DNA of 64,000 nucleotides from NCBI GenBank assembly GCA_051294375.1, contig CM119264.1:2435631-2499630 (forward strand), given 5' to 3'. Position numbers and translations under genes: made by a program. The first letter of the stretch is position 1, and the number at the start of each line of letters is the position of its first letter. This DNA comes from Paraspadella gotoi. Lineage: Eukaryota > Animalia > Chaetognatha. The notes beneath the pieces are model-generated. The model saw nothing but the letters and a program-made list of their open reading frames with translations, did no database searches and was not told where the DNA came from. Of this stretch, positions 1 through 19,200 are shown in pieces.

Positions 1-199
1 TAAAGACCCGCCTGGCATAACCTTTTGGGGAGAGACGGAGAATGGAGGGGATTGGGGTGGGGGCGTGTGATTCGTGAATGGGGAGAATTCGGAGAAAGGA
101 AGGAGAGAAATATCGAAGAATGGTGAACTGACAATTGTGACAGATCATTGTGAATTAAAATTGCGTGACTAAATTGTAATGAGGTTTTATGAAAATCTT

Positions 200-1449
<1,250 letters not shown>

Positions 1450-2214
1450 TTGTATCGCGGCGGGGGGGGGCGGTGGTTTGGATTGGGGGGATAGGACAAG
1501 CTAAAGGAAGGGCCGTGGGGGAAAGGCGAAGGGGCAATTGGCCGGGAGAAATAAGGGTTGGGGCGGGGCGAAAGGCACAATGGGGAGTAACGAAGAGAGT
1601 TACTGCTTTTGAGCTTTTGATTTCTGGTCGAGTATCATATGGAAGGCACTTGCACGGAAGGCAGAGGTTTCGTCCATCAAATGGAGAAAAAGTAAATTCA
1701 ATACGTTCCCGTTTACATGGTGAAAAACGTTTGCGCGTTTGGTTCTTTAGGCACAGTGGGATTTTGTTTGTTTTTTAGTTCTTTTCTAAGCAAAAATACA
1801 TTAAAAATGAGCATTGAAGTAATCTCAGAAACAGGAGATCGAGCGAGTTGTGCCCGAGGATTATAGCGCGAGGAACAACGGGTTTAATAATCGACAGAGA
1901 CTAAAAATGGAACGGACTCATCTCGCGATAAAAGTAAAAGTACGTTTTTGGTTACTTAGCTGGAGAAACGTTCATAATGAACTAATCACATCGTAGATAG
2001 ACGATAGCCTTAGAATAAGGCTTCAACAGGTCTACAACAAAATCTCGTTGGCAACCACGTTACTCCAACGAAAGAAGAAAACAACAAAAATGGCACAAAA
2101 AAAAGAGAGATACGCAGTAACTTGGTTAAAGTCAAGAAAGAGCAATAAAAAACAAGAAAAGGGACGTTCGGAAAGCCGAGAGCAAAGAGCACTTCCCCCC
2201 CTCACGTGTCCTCT

Positions 2215-8320
<6,106 letters not shown>

Positions 8321-9458
8321 TTACTAATATTTTTGTTCGGATTGTAAATCTAATGTTTCATATCATGTTAAAAAACAATTATATTAACAATAAAACGTTT
8401 TTTTAATTAAAGCCTTGCAAAGATTATTTCCTTCCAGGGAAAAACAGTTCGGAAAACTTTTTAAATCAAAATGCGTACTTTGTAGCTGTTTATCACACGA
8501 AGCGATAAACTAGAACTTAGTCATTCGATGATTCATTTTTCTCCCCGTGACTCGTAGCGATAATCGCGGAGAAGTAGGTCAAACCGATTCGATATCAATT
8601 TAATAGTTCGTAATTAACCAAAATTTCCCACACCCACACGACAAAAAAGGGGAAATGTTATCGAGATTCTCTGACCATCATCTCAGCTCGCGTCGCTTTT
8701 GCCAGAGACAGCCTTGTTCTCTTTTCAATCGGGATTCGGGAGTGCCATCCTGCTCCTGCGCTGCCGGGACGAGAGCGGCGGGAGCGGAGGGCTTCACCGA
8801 AGCGGGCCTCTTCAAACCCTGTGGAAGGCCAAGGCGGAGCGACGACCGGCTTCGTCGTCGTCGTTCCCCTCTCTCGCTCTCGTTCCAAGCAGCAGTAAAA
8901 TCATCATCGTCGTCGTCGACGTCCTCTTCCCTAATTGCTTCTGGTTTTACCGTGGGTCGTAAAGAAACCAGTGTCACTCTCACGACGATTTAATTGTTAT
9001 TAGCGAGGCAATGCTGGAAGCGAGTCTCCATCGGTGAGATTCCCTGCCAAAATTAAAGAGCGAAGTCAACGATAGAAATGAAAAGAAAATTATAAAAAAC
9101 GATAAACGAAAAGGTTGCGAATAAACGAATGCCATAACAAAAGTTGACGAGGATTTTTCTCGTTTAATTTCTTCTTTTAATCACGACTGCCTTGTCGGGA
9201 CTAATTTACTTGGTTCAGATTTCTTTAGCCCATTACGTAATTCGATTAGAAAATCATTAAAAAGTGAAAAATGATAATAATAATAAAAAATAAAAAAACA
9301 CCTATCGGTTCGTAAATATCTAGTATATGGACTAATCTAGTTTAAAAGCGATAGTACCACTGTTTTCCTAACAGCTTTGGAAACGCAAAAAATATTTCAA
9401 GGCACACAAATTCTTTTCTTTACAGACTAGAAAATGTTACCGGTCGCAGGGAAACGAC

Positions 9459-10274
9459 TCAGGTATCATCTTCTGCAAAGCGAGCAACGACTTCCGACAC
9501 CAACTCTGGTACATTCGCCACCTCTGCCCAGCCTTTGGTTTTCATGACGGCCTTGGCGTTTTCCACGAAGAAATCCAAGCACTTCTCCTTCAACTCTTCG
9601 CACTCGAAGAGATGAGCAGCGCGAAGAAAGTCGCAAATGTTAGACGTTGATATCTTTCGGGTCATCGTATCCACGCAAACGCCCCTCAACTCCATGAGCC
9701 GCATCTCGTCGGCTTTGCCCAAAACCTCCGGGGCGTGGGTCTCGATGGCCTCGTCGACAATTCCCGAGTAAATAAATTTGAGGATGATCGCGAAGGCCTC
9801 CTCGCTGACTCCGGTGATTTCAACTTGACCCGTAGTATCTTCGGACATTCTGCTCGCAAACATTTTGGCAAAATAGGCGCTTCGGGTCTTTAGGACGGTG
9901 CGGTGAGCCTTAAACTCTTTTCCTTCGACAATGATGACGACGTCAGAATCCTTTTCGGAAATGAGTAGAGAGGTAAAGTCGGAGGAGAGGCTTTCGATGC
10001 TACACGGAAACTGACGAAGCAGCGCGTTTGAAAAGGTAAGTTCAATGCGAACTTTAGTTGACGAATCAATTGGGATCTCTGAGAGCGAATACAAATTAGC
10101 CACGTGGGTGAATCCATGAGTATTAGTGTGGGTAAAGTCGGTGGGTTTGTGTATCGCTGAACGTTGATTTTTGAGGTAAGTGAATATTCTGCCTTTAACG
10201 CTGGTCGATCGTGGAAATTGGAAGACAAAGTTTAGGATGTCCTCTCTAGAAGCCTGCATATCAAATTTAATCAT
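9459..10274 (-). CDS. Intronless BTB/POZ (SPOP-like BTB-BACK) protein
   Basis: SDVVIIVEGKEFKAHRTVLKTRSAYFAKMF...AFAIILKFIYSG...LKEKCLDFF is a canonical SPOP-type BTB/BACK. The start codon is either 10274 or 10259. Confidence 0.9.
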   Translation of the reverse strand: MIKFDMQASREDILNFVFQFPRSTSVKGRIFTYLKNQRSAIHKPTDFTHTNTHGFTHVANLYSLSEIPIDSSTKVRIELTFSNALLRQFPCSIESLSSDFTSLLISEKDSDVVIIVEGKEFKAHRTVLKTRSAYFAKMFASRMSEDTTGQVEITGVSEEAFAIILKFIYSGIVDEAIETHAPEVLGKADEMRLMELRGVCVDTMTRKISTSNICDFLRAAHLFECEELKEKCLDFFVENAKAVMKTKGWAEVANVPELVSEVVARFAEDDT

Positions 10275-10319
10275 TATTCGAAAAATTCCACCCAACAGTT
10301 ATGTTTATGTTTTATTCTA

Positions 10320-10808
10320 CAGGGAGGTCCAGCTCTTATGGGACTAACTTCAAGTGTTTACAGCACAAAAACGGTTTATCACTTTATTTGTAAACTAGGT
10401 TAAATTTTTTTTCAATCGATATCAAAAACGTTTGAAAAATCCAACGGCTTTTTGAGTGACATGCCAAAAATCTTCGCGCAGCTTCCTTACAAATTTTTGA
10501 TAAATTTTGCTAAAAATCAAGATGAAGGATGGTGACTGCTAACTTTTTTCCTATGCATCCCCTATAAAACTGTCGACTTTCTGACAGCAAGAATAGTGAC
10601 AAAAATGACAGCATTCCCTACTGGCGCGGTCGAATATATGCCGCCTTCACTGAACTTTTGGAGAAGGTCATGGTTGCCTAAGGGAAATCTTTTTAATTGA
10701 TTGTTTTACTATTACAATTTTTTACAAAATTATTTCATAAGTTTATCTTTTTATTCACCCGTCCAAACAGTTTTTTAAAGTGAGTCCCAAAAGAGCTGGA
10801 CCTCCCTG
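10320..10808. mobile_element. Tc1/mariner-type MITE, about 489 bp
   Basis: 31-bp TIRs CAGGGAGGTCCAGCTCTT(A/T)TGGGACT(A/C)ACTT with 2 mismatches, TA on both sides, no long ORF. Confidence 0.9.
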
Positions 10809-11249
10809 TACAGTGTCTCAAGCGTACTGGCACATTACAAATGAACGCTGTGTCAAATTGGTAAGGAGAATGAAAAATTTGAAAGAACTACCGAAAAGAT
10901 AAGTCCATAGAGTTTATTTTTGTACTTTCATTATCAAATTAATTTGCATTTTTATTCATACAATGCGAGGTTTAAATGAGGGCGGATTTTCGTTTTAACA
11001 ATCGCTCAAAAAATTTCGGTTATATCAAATTTGAATAGTTATCTCGCTTTGGATTAAAAAAATTAGCGTGAATGTTTGAACGATAATGATGTTTTCAGAA
11101 GAGAAGATACAAAGAAAGATTGTAAAGAAAATTTGTTTTCATGGGTGTTGATTAAGTTTATCTTCAGGAAATTGATAAATGCTGCAAAATTAGTAAAGAA
11201 TGCATTCATCATATGATGTAAGATGCATAACGTACTTTTTACCGTAAAA

Positions 11250-11700
11250 ACTATTTCCAAGCAGACTGCAGCTCATATACATTGCTAATGTAATTGTCTG
11301 TCAAACTATCTGCATATCCGTAACTTTCTCTCAAATCTTATGGGTAGTTACAAAAATTGTAAAAATGTAAAACTAAAGATTTCTGAATCAGTAAATCCAT
11401 TTTTTTAATGACTGTATTCATTTGTAAAGTGACAGCACGATGGAGAAACTCTTGAAAAACAAAAACTGTGAACCGTTAAATTATTACCAGCTTAGTACGT
11501 GAGATCAAGACCTGGCCCAAAGAAGCAGTTTTATCCATGTTATATAGAGATTTTTTAAGACATTCACATTGCGATTCCACTACAGTTCCTTCAGGAAAGG
11601 TTGGAATGTTACCGTCATTCAGCGAAAATTCGGCGAAACAGCTTTTCTCCATTGCGACTACTTGACGACGACGGGGTAAATCGAAGAGAGAGAAGTCAGC
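11250..11700 (-). CDS. Possible small spliced gene of unknown function
   Basis: Open exon-like segments (DFSLFDLPRRRQVV...SRTKL; EFLHRAVTLQMNTV; DLRESYGYADSLTDNY...WK*) with plausible splice sites; no recognisable domain. Confidence 0.25.
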
Positions 11701-11852
11701 TTTCAATAAATATAAATATAAATATAGATACTGAATAGTTTTTATGCCATTTAATAATATTAAAAGTAATGGGATTTATTACATTCTAGTCATTAGTTGA
11801 AATCAGGTCATAAATGGGAATCAAGTCTTCGAGTAAGAAAACTTTCAATGGT

Positions 11853-12076
11853 TAGATTCGGTAAGTATTTCTTTATGATGTTACCTGTGCAAAAGCAAAA
11901 TATTTTTTTTGCCAAATATTTCGACATGTATTTTCATATCATAAGCCACTGATGATGATATGAAAATATATGTCGAAATATTTGGCAAAACAATTATTTT
12001 ACTTTTGCACAGATAACCTCAAAGAAATACTTAGCGAATCTAATCACGCTTACTGTGCTTGTAATGACGTTACAAC
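11853..12076 (+). mobile_element. Fold-back insert with a minimal hammerhead ribozyme (Penelope-like element relic)
   Basis: About 90-bp inverted arms; 13-bp direct repeat AACTTTCAATGGT at 11840-11852 and 12077-12089; hammerhead at 11945-11986. Confidence 0.75.
11945..11986 (+). ncRNA. Minimal type I hammerhead ribozyme
   Basis: Stem I GCCA/TGGC, core CTGATGA, stem II GATAT/ATGTC, GAA, palindromic stem III ATAT, then the H nucleotide. Confidence 0.65.
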
Positions 12077-12564
12077 AACTTTCAATGGTAAAATTCAGGT
12101 TTGAAAACCGGGCGAGACGCGCTCAGGACGCATGGATCGTGGGTTCCTACAATCGGCGACTAAAGAGGAAAGTGGCCGAATCAATAACTGTTGGGCGGAT
12201 CGGTGGCGGCAATAACGGAGCAAACTGAAACACTAGCTAGGATCAGAAAGATTCGATGGAACCAAATCAAGTCGAAAAATTCGGCTGTCTTAAAATCGTC
12301 CCGCAAACCAATTTTTAATTATTGAATTCTGGACAAAAAAAAATCCGTATTTTTTTTCCAAAATAATTTTTTTTTATAATTAATAAACTTTGACTAGTAA
12401 AATTTTAAAAAAACTATACAAGAAAAAAGTGACAAATCTTTCCTCTTACCCTTCTTACACGATCAATTTAAACAACGTATCCAGGAACTAAGTTAAGAAT
12501 AAAGCATTAAAAAGCGAATGATGACAGAAGGATTCGTATGCAGAGAGAGAGAGAATATATTTTT

Positions 12565-15500
12565 TCATTCATTCGCGATTTCAGTTGATTGTTGAGAAGA
12601 TGCGATCAGATTTTCAGTTTGAGACTCGATCTGTGCTTCGTCCGGCGCCACCGCCATCCCGGTCGTCGCCGCCGGAATGGGAACCGGAAAAACGGGAATC
12701 GCCGAGGCGGTTGGAAGCGCCGGCGCCGCCGAAGCCGCTGTTGGAGACGTCATCGATTTCGGCGCCGTCACGGCAGCGATCGCAGCGTCGTTGTGCGCCG
12801 CCGCCGCCGCTGGAACCTTGACGTCCGAGGGAAACTGGGGCATCATGAAAGGAAGTGGAGCTGAGGAGAAACAGAGGATAAATATTATTTATTAAATAAT
12901 GATATAAGAACGCAAACTAAATAAATTCTGACCGGGAGGATTGGCGCCCATCGCGGACCCCAACGTAGCAGCCGGCATGGGAACGTTGAAAGGCGGTAAA
13001 CCGGGCATAGGGAAGTTCGTTTGACCCAAAGGAGGAATGACTCCGTTCGCTTGAAAAAAATGTACAAAGGTACAATATTTTTTACCATTAAATATTATTA
13101 GAGCGAGTCAATAAAAGTTTATTAATAATTGGATTACCCGCTAAAGTCGGATTCATGAAACTAAAGTTGGGCATCGTCGGCGCCGGAAGTTGAATTCCTG
13201 GGGCGACTGGAATCGTTCCGCCGACCCCGGCCACCGTCGTCGACATCATCAAAGGCATCGAAAGGGGAACTTAAAATTGAAATTAATTAGAATGTAACGT
13301 TTCTACTCTCTCTCCCGTCAATTGAAATTCAATTGAAATTCAATTAAATTCAGATTAAATTCAATTCAAATTCAATTCAATTCAAATTCAATTCAAATTA
13401 AATTAAATCAAATCCAGTTCAAATCAAATTCAATTCAAATTCAATATTAATACACAAACCAGATGAGGGTAGAACCGGAATCGTCGGCGCGCCCGATATC
13501 AAAGGAGAAGGAGTCACGGGCGCCTGAAAAGGAAAAAGAGAGTCGATCGTGAGCGAAGAGTTGGGACGCCAAGTGTCGCGTCAACTGCGTCTCGAAATCG
13601 AAGACTAAAAAAAAAAAAAGAAAAAATATGAAAAGACCTTTGGTAATTGGTAGCCGGTGGAGGCCACCGCCGCCAACGCCGCCGAGATGGCCGGGTCCGA
13701 CGTCGCCTTTCCAATGTCGATGCCTAAACGTTGAGAAGGAAGACGCGAGTCCCTCGAGTTAATTATTAAAGTTGATAATTTAGTGAATATGATATCGACT
13801 CACCGTTGACTCCGCCGGCCAGGGCGTCGATCGGTTCACGATTGATGACCTTCGCCGGTGAATCCGTGAGACTCACCTGAGTGGAAATAAAACGAGGAAC
13901 TCGATACAGGCATAATTAGTCGCTCCCTTGCCCACCCATCCCTTCGCCACCATTACATCCGAGAATCCGTCTTTATGCTTTTCGACATCGGGAAGTCTCG
14001 GCGGTCCGTCGGGGACGCCTTCGTCGCCGGAATCGTCGTCCCGAGAAGGAATGCGGTGGAGATAACCGTAGCCGATCCCGGCGCCGATAGATCCTTCGCC
14101 GCCCCAGGCCGAGTTAGGGACGATCGTCACTTCCCGGCATCTATCGCTGGAAGAGTGAGAAGGATAGGGGAAGAGAGAACAAGTTGGGGAAGTGGTTATT
14201 AATAGAAAAGTGGAAGGATGAAAATAAAAGATAATAAATGATAATCCTCTTAAAATTATCTAGGAATTGTTAGGGTAACAACAATTTAATCTTTAATTCT
14301 TTTTAATATTCTGGTCGCGTTACCTGTCGAAGTTGTAGACGTAGAGCTTTAACGGTTTCCCTTCGTGAGACTCGATTAGAGAGAACAAATCTTCGGACTG
14401 AAAAAAAAAGAGGCGGAATAAAATTCAAATAAACTTACCTATAATTTGTTTAACATTAACAAACACCGTCGTCCTAACTTAAGCAGAATGATGGTTTACG
14501 GGATGAAAATTGTTTCCCCTCCATTGATCTATGTACTAATAATACTCTCTTGTACGCGAACTTATGTAAAGTTCCCCGAAATAAGCCTGAACCGAATCTT
14601 ACGTCCTCTAAAATCTGGAAAGCTTTTCCGGGAACGCCGCCGCTCTCTTTCTTCTTGGGATTTAGGGATCGGAAGAGAAAAAGGTAAGGAAATTGTGGAA
14701 ATTGGTAAGGTTGACTCGGCCACTCATAACTGACGAATAAGGTCAAAGTAGAATTTTTAATGTAGAATAGAGATCGTCTATATTACAGTTAAAATTTACT
14801 TCGTAATATTTACTGTAAAAGAAACAATTTAAAAAAAGATAAAAGGGGGAGCGGAATGTTTTTCCCCATAAAGAAGAATCGGGCAAAAACGGGAAAAACT
14901 GCAACGGACTCGTCCTCACCTCGTGCAAGATGGAATCCGCGCCGATGATGTAGTCCGTGTTGGAGATGAGACCCGCTTGGCTGGCGGGACTGTTCTGTTG
15001 AACGTCCTGGAGAATGATATAAATAAATGAGATCGAATAAATAAAGGGAATAAAATAGAAAAGAAAGACGGGGGCGGTGCCCTTGCCTTCCCCTCACCAG
15101 AACGTGCCAGACGTTCTCATTGGCGCCCTCGAAGGAGCAGAAGCGAATGGAGATGCCGAGAAGACCCTGACCGCCCCAACTCGTCGACGGGGTGATGCTG
15201 ATCTCTCTCACGTTTTGATTCTTCGACGAGTAAATCGTCATCCTCACTGGTTTGTCAACGTTGGCTGAAGAAGAAGGAAAATGGGTGATGTTGCTGGAGA
15301 GAAAGCTGCTGAGGGAGGCTGGGGTCTTTTGGCTGGGTCTGACACCGAGTTTTTATGGGTTGGGAAAAGATCGAGCTGACTCGCATAAGTGCTGCTGATT
15401 CTCTGAGTAGCGGAGTATGAATTACTACCGCTACAACAGTAACAATAAAGCATTATATATAAAATAATATATATAAACTATCACAACGATTATTCCGATA

Positions 15501-15906
15501 CTCGTCAAACCACATCCGGAAATCAAGAAATTAATTAATTAATGCCCCAAGCACCCGAATCACAGAAGAGAAGGGAATGACAGAAGGAATGATTTTCAAA
15601 TGATAATCACTAAACTCTTTCCGCCAAAGAGATGTAATAGTCGGAAGGTCTCACCCTTGAGCAACTCTCGAAAGGTGTCGTTGTCGACGTCGAGTCTCGA
15701 GGATCCGATGGCGACGATAAAGTCGAAGAAAGGCTCAAGCCCCGCCTTCGATCCGGGAGACCCGTCTTGGACCTGAGGGAAGGAGAGATCGAGGCTGACC
15801 GCAAAGATCCGAGGACGCATTAGACCCAACGTGACCAACTCACCCTGAGCACGTGATATCCTTCGGTTCCGCCGCCGGGGATGGGCGCGCTGGCGGAGCC
15901 ACCCAT
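12565..15906 (-). CDS. GORASP2: Golgi reassembly-stacking protein (GRASP55/65), multi-exon
   Basis: [21 protein letters not shown]|[20 protein letters not shown]...[27 protein letters not shown]...[20 protein letters not shown], followed by a Pro/Ser-rich tail. Confidence 0.93.
13320..13445. repeat. (AATTC/AAATT)n satellite-like tract in a GRASP intron
   Basis: Degenerate 5-6 bp tandem repeats. Confidence 0.8.
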
Positions 15907-18900
15907 CTCAGAAGAGTCGGGAGAGACAAAGGCTGAAGAAGAGAACGAAGAGAGAGTAGAGATGAAAAGGAAGCGAACGGTTTTAAAGGAGGATAATTGA
16001 GTTATTTTCCTTATTTGATTCAAGAAAGACGCGACCCAAATATACTTAATAAAAAAACATATTTTTATTCTAATAAAGGCAGAGTTTTGGATGGCTAATT
16101 TTGGAGATTCTGATGAATATAACGTTTATAGAACTTTTTTTTTAGATTTCCCATTACCATGACCTAATCCTAAGCCGGTAGAAAATAAACACGGAAAAAG
16201 ACATTTTAATAGATAACTAATGAATCAATAAGATAGTCGATGAGTTTCAATTTGGCGATGAATTGCAAATTCCGAAGGAACAACTTGACGAAGGCTTAAA
16301 TCTCCATAATAGTTGTATCAATTTATAAAAAGATGATTTAAACATTGTTCAAAGAAAAACTCGACACGATTTTTCCCCAAGCAAAATATAGGTTAAGTTG
16401 AAAACCTTTTTAATATATCAAAGGAAACATCTAAATAACGTTAAGTAAAGAGATATACATACGTTAAACGTGGAAGTGGGCGTGGAGTTGGGCACACGCA
16501 AAACAAGACGACTTCACCACAGATTGGGTCGACTGTCGGAGATTTAGATTGAGAGAGAGAGAGAGAAACTCTGTCCTTTTGTTCGAGACTCGAAAGGATT
16601 TTTTGGTTTAGTATTAATCAAGGAAGTAGTACTAATAGGAAAAGCAATATTTCAATCAATTCATTTCTTTAGAAGGCTGGCTGTAAAGTAGTTAAATTGT
16701 TTCCTTAAACTTTCTCTCCCAATTGTTTTACTTTTCATTCTTGATAAAAAATTGTCTTACGAATCTTACTCATGTCAGAAAAGTAAAATTACTATTTCTA
16801 TTTCGTAGGCCCCAAAATTCTGAAAACCAAGAAGCTTTATCCGATTCTCCAATATATACAATTTAGACTTTGGGCCTGTCCGTAGTGAGGGAAAGATAGC
16901 TAATTGAGTGAAAGAATAGATAATTTTTATACTGATTGCACCGATTTCAAGCAATTAGGACAATAGAAAAATCATTGTTATTAACTATGCAATTACCTGA
17001 CTATCTTTCACTCTTTCGTAAAAGAAATTTAAGTATTATAATGTAAAGTTAATAATGATAAAAATAGAATACAAACCAGAAAAAAAAATCAATAAATAAA
17101 ATAATAAAAAAGATGCAAACCAACTAAATGAATAATTTTTCTAAAATTCTTTTCGAAAATGGTCCACTGGAGTCTTGAGTTAGATAAAACGCAAAAACTT
17201 CTTTCAAAATTATGAAGTAAGTTTTAAAAAGCAGGATTAAAGGGAAGGATAGATGATGTCAAATATAAATTATAATTATAATAACGTTATCGACTTTTCC
17301 GGCGCATGCGCGAGAGTTGAGATCGAGTTTCGCTTCGACAGCCAATGTTCAATGTTCAATGTTCATGTCGGGTTCACATTTTGAAGATGATCTCGGCGAC
17401 ATCCTCTTCGCCTCCCTTTGCTTTGGCTTTGCATTCCTAAAAGTAGAAAACAGAGGAAGATTTAGGCTTTTAGCTTGCCCTCCCATTCTCCCCTTGCTCT
17501 TCCTCTTTTTTCATCCTCCTCCTGCCCCTCCGTATGTTTTGTCTCGCGATACATTATCTCCTTTCTACTCTTTCCCTCTATTTCCTCACGCCTTCAATAG
17601 CCCTCAAGGAAAAAAATTTCATTAGTAATTAATGCGTATCAGTAAATCATGACTACGGTAAATGAACAAATTCACGACTCTCTAGTTTTTAGGTGTGCCA
17701 GCAACTCCACGAGACACTTGGGTCTCGGTCGTTAATGATTGACCATTTAGTGGAAAGGCGAATTTCAATTGATAGATTTTACCACCTTTTTTGATTGCTT
17801 TTTTACAATTTTTAGATTTTTTTCTTTTGTAAACTGTTTACTTACCGACAAAGCAGAAAATCCGCCCAGAAGAAAAATAACTACAAATGAGTTCCGATTC
17901 GACCTCGTAGTTAAACTTTTAATTGTATCTTCATAGTTTGCTAAGCAACACTGTTTGATGCTCAATGATAACGTTGAACGTAGAGGAATCTTTAAAAAAA
18001 AAACGCGTGATTGTTGAAAATATTAAAAGACAAAATATTATTGCCTTTGCTTGTAATCAGTGCTTAGATGAATAAAAAAATATGAATAAAAACAATTTTA
18101 AACGTCGTTTGGAAATTGTATACATTGTCAATGGAACCGGATATACGAAGAAAGGAGTCGGGGTACAGACAAAAAAAAAACTGAGCCGGATCCACAAATT
18201 CAAAATGGGCGTCAAAATAATAAAATGAAAACGACGCTTCTTTGATTCAAGAAAACGAGAATGAGGGGGCGGGGCGGTGAGGGGCAGATGGGAAGGGCTG
18301 AGCGAGTAAGGGGAAAAGGGACAAAGCGAATCAGTTATCGAAGCGCCACGGCTCAACAATTTTCCAGGTGGATATGAAAGTGGAAAGTCAAAAGAGAACC
18401 GAAGTACTTATAAAGACACGAAAGGAAACTTGTATAAACAAAAAATGTCTAATAAGTTATTTCCAAAATTAAAAAGTTTTATTTCACAGCGAGACCCCCG
18501 CCGACGACGAAAACCAAATCATAAAATAGATTCATGTCATTCCGATTCGAAAAGCAATTCTAATAATGAAAAGAAATTATGCGTTAAATTAGAACCATAT
18601 TCCCCACACTTAACGATCGCAGAGCAAGCTTACTCCAAAGAAAAATGAAATGAAAATTAAGGACCGAGGGAGTCCTTAAACCACCAAAGCGTGTCCAATG
18701 TCAGGGGCAAGATAGTGTGGACGAGACAATAGCTCATTTATTAAATGAATGGATAACTTTATATTGGTTATACCAATTTTATATAATATAAAGTATCTTA
18801 AGATCAAATATTATTGTACTACTTGTCCTACAAGTTTTATTTTTTACAATTTAAATCATATAGGAAGCTTATTTTGTGAATGCTATTGACTTCAAATTAT

Positions 18901-19200
18901 AATAAAATCTTTAAACAATAAATACATATAACCTCACGAATAACATTTTGTGGAATCAAAATAATCTTAATAATTAATTAGAACCAAGAAGGACTGTTTT
19001 TTTTTCTTCTCCTTATAACATCTTTCTCTTCCAAATTCTCTTTAACAATTACTCTTATAATTACAATAAAAAGGCTTCAGTGATGCCCAAACTTATTTTA
19101 AAAGTCAATTTTAATCATAAAAAAAAAAAAAAAAATTTAAACCGTTTTTTCTTTAACCGTCGGTCTAGAAAAAGAAAAAAAAGAAAGAGTTTGTTGGAAT

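Noticed and set aside
16110-16140. CTGATGA followed by a hairpin, hammerhead-like
   Set aside because: It has GAAC instead of GAAA and no stem I or III.
17300-17990. Possible small gene and a GCGCATGCGC palindrome
   Set aside because: No consistent exon chain or domain could be built.
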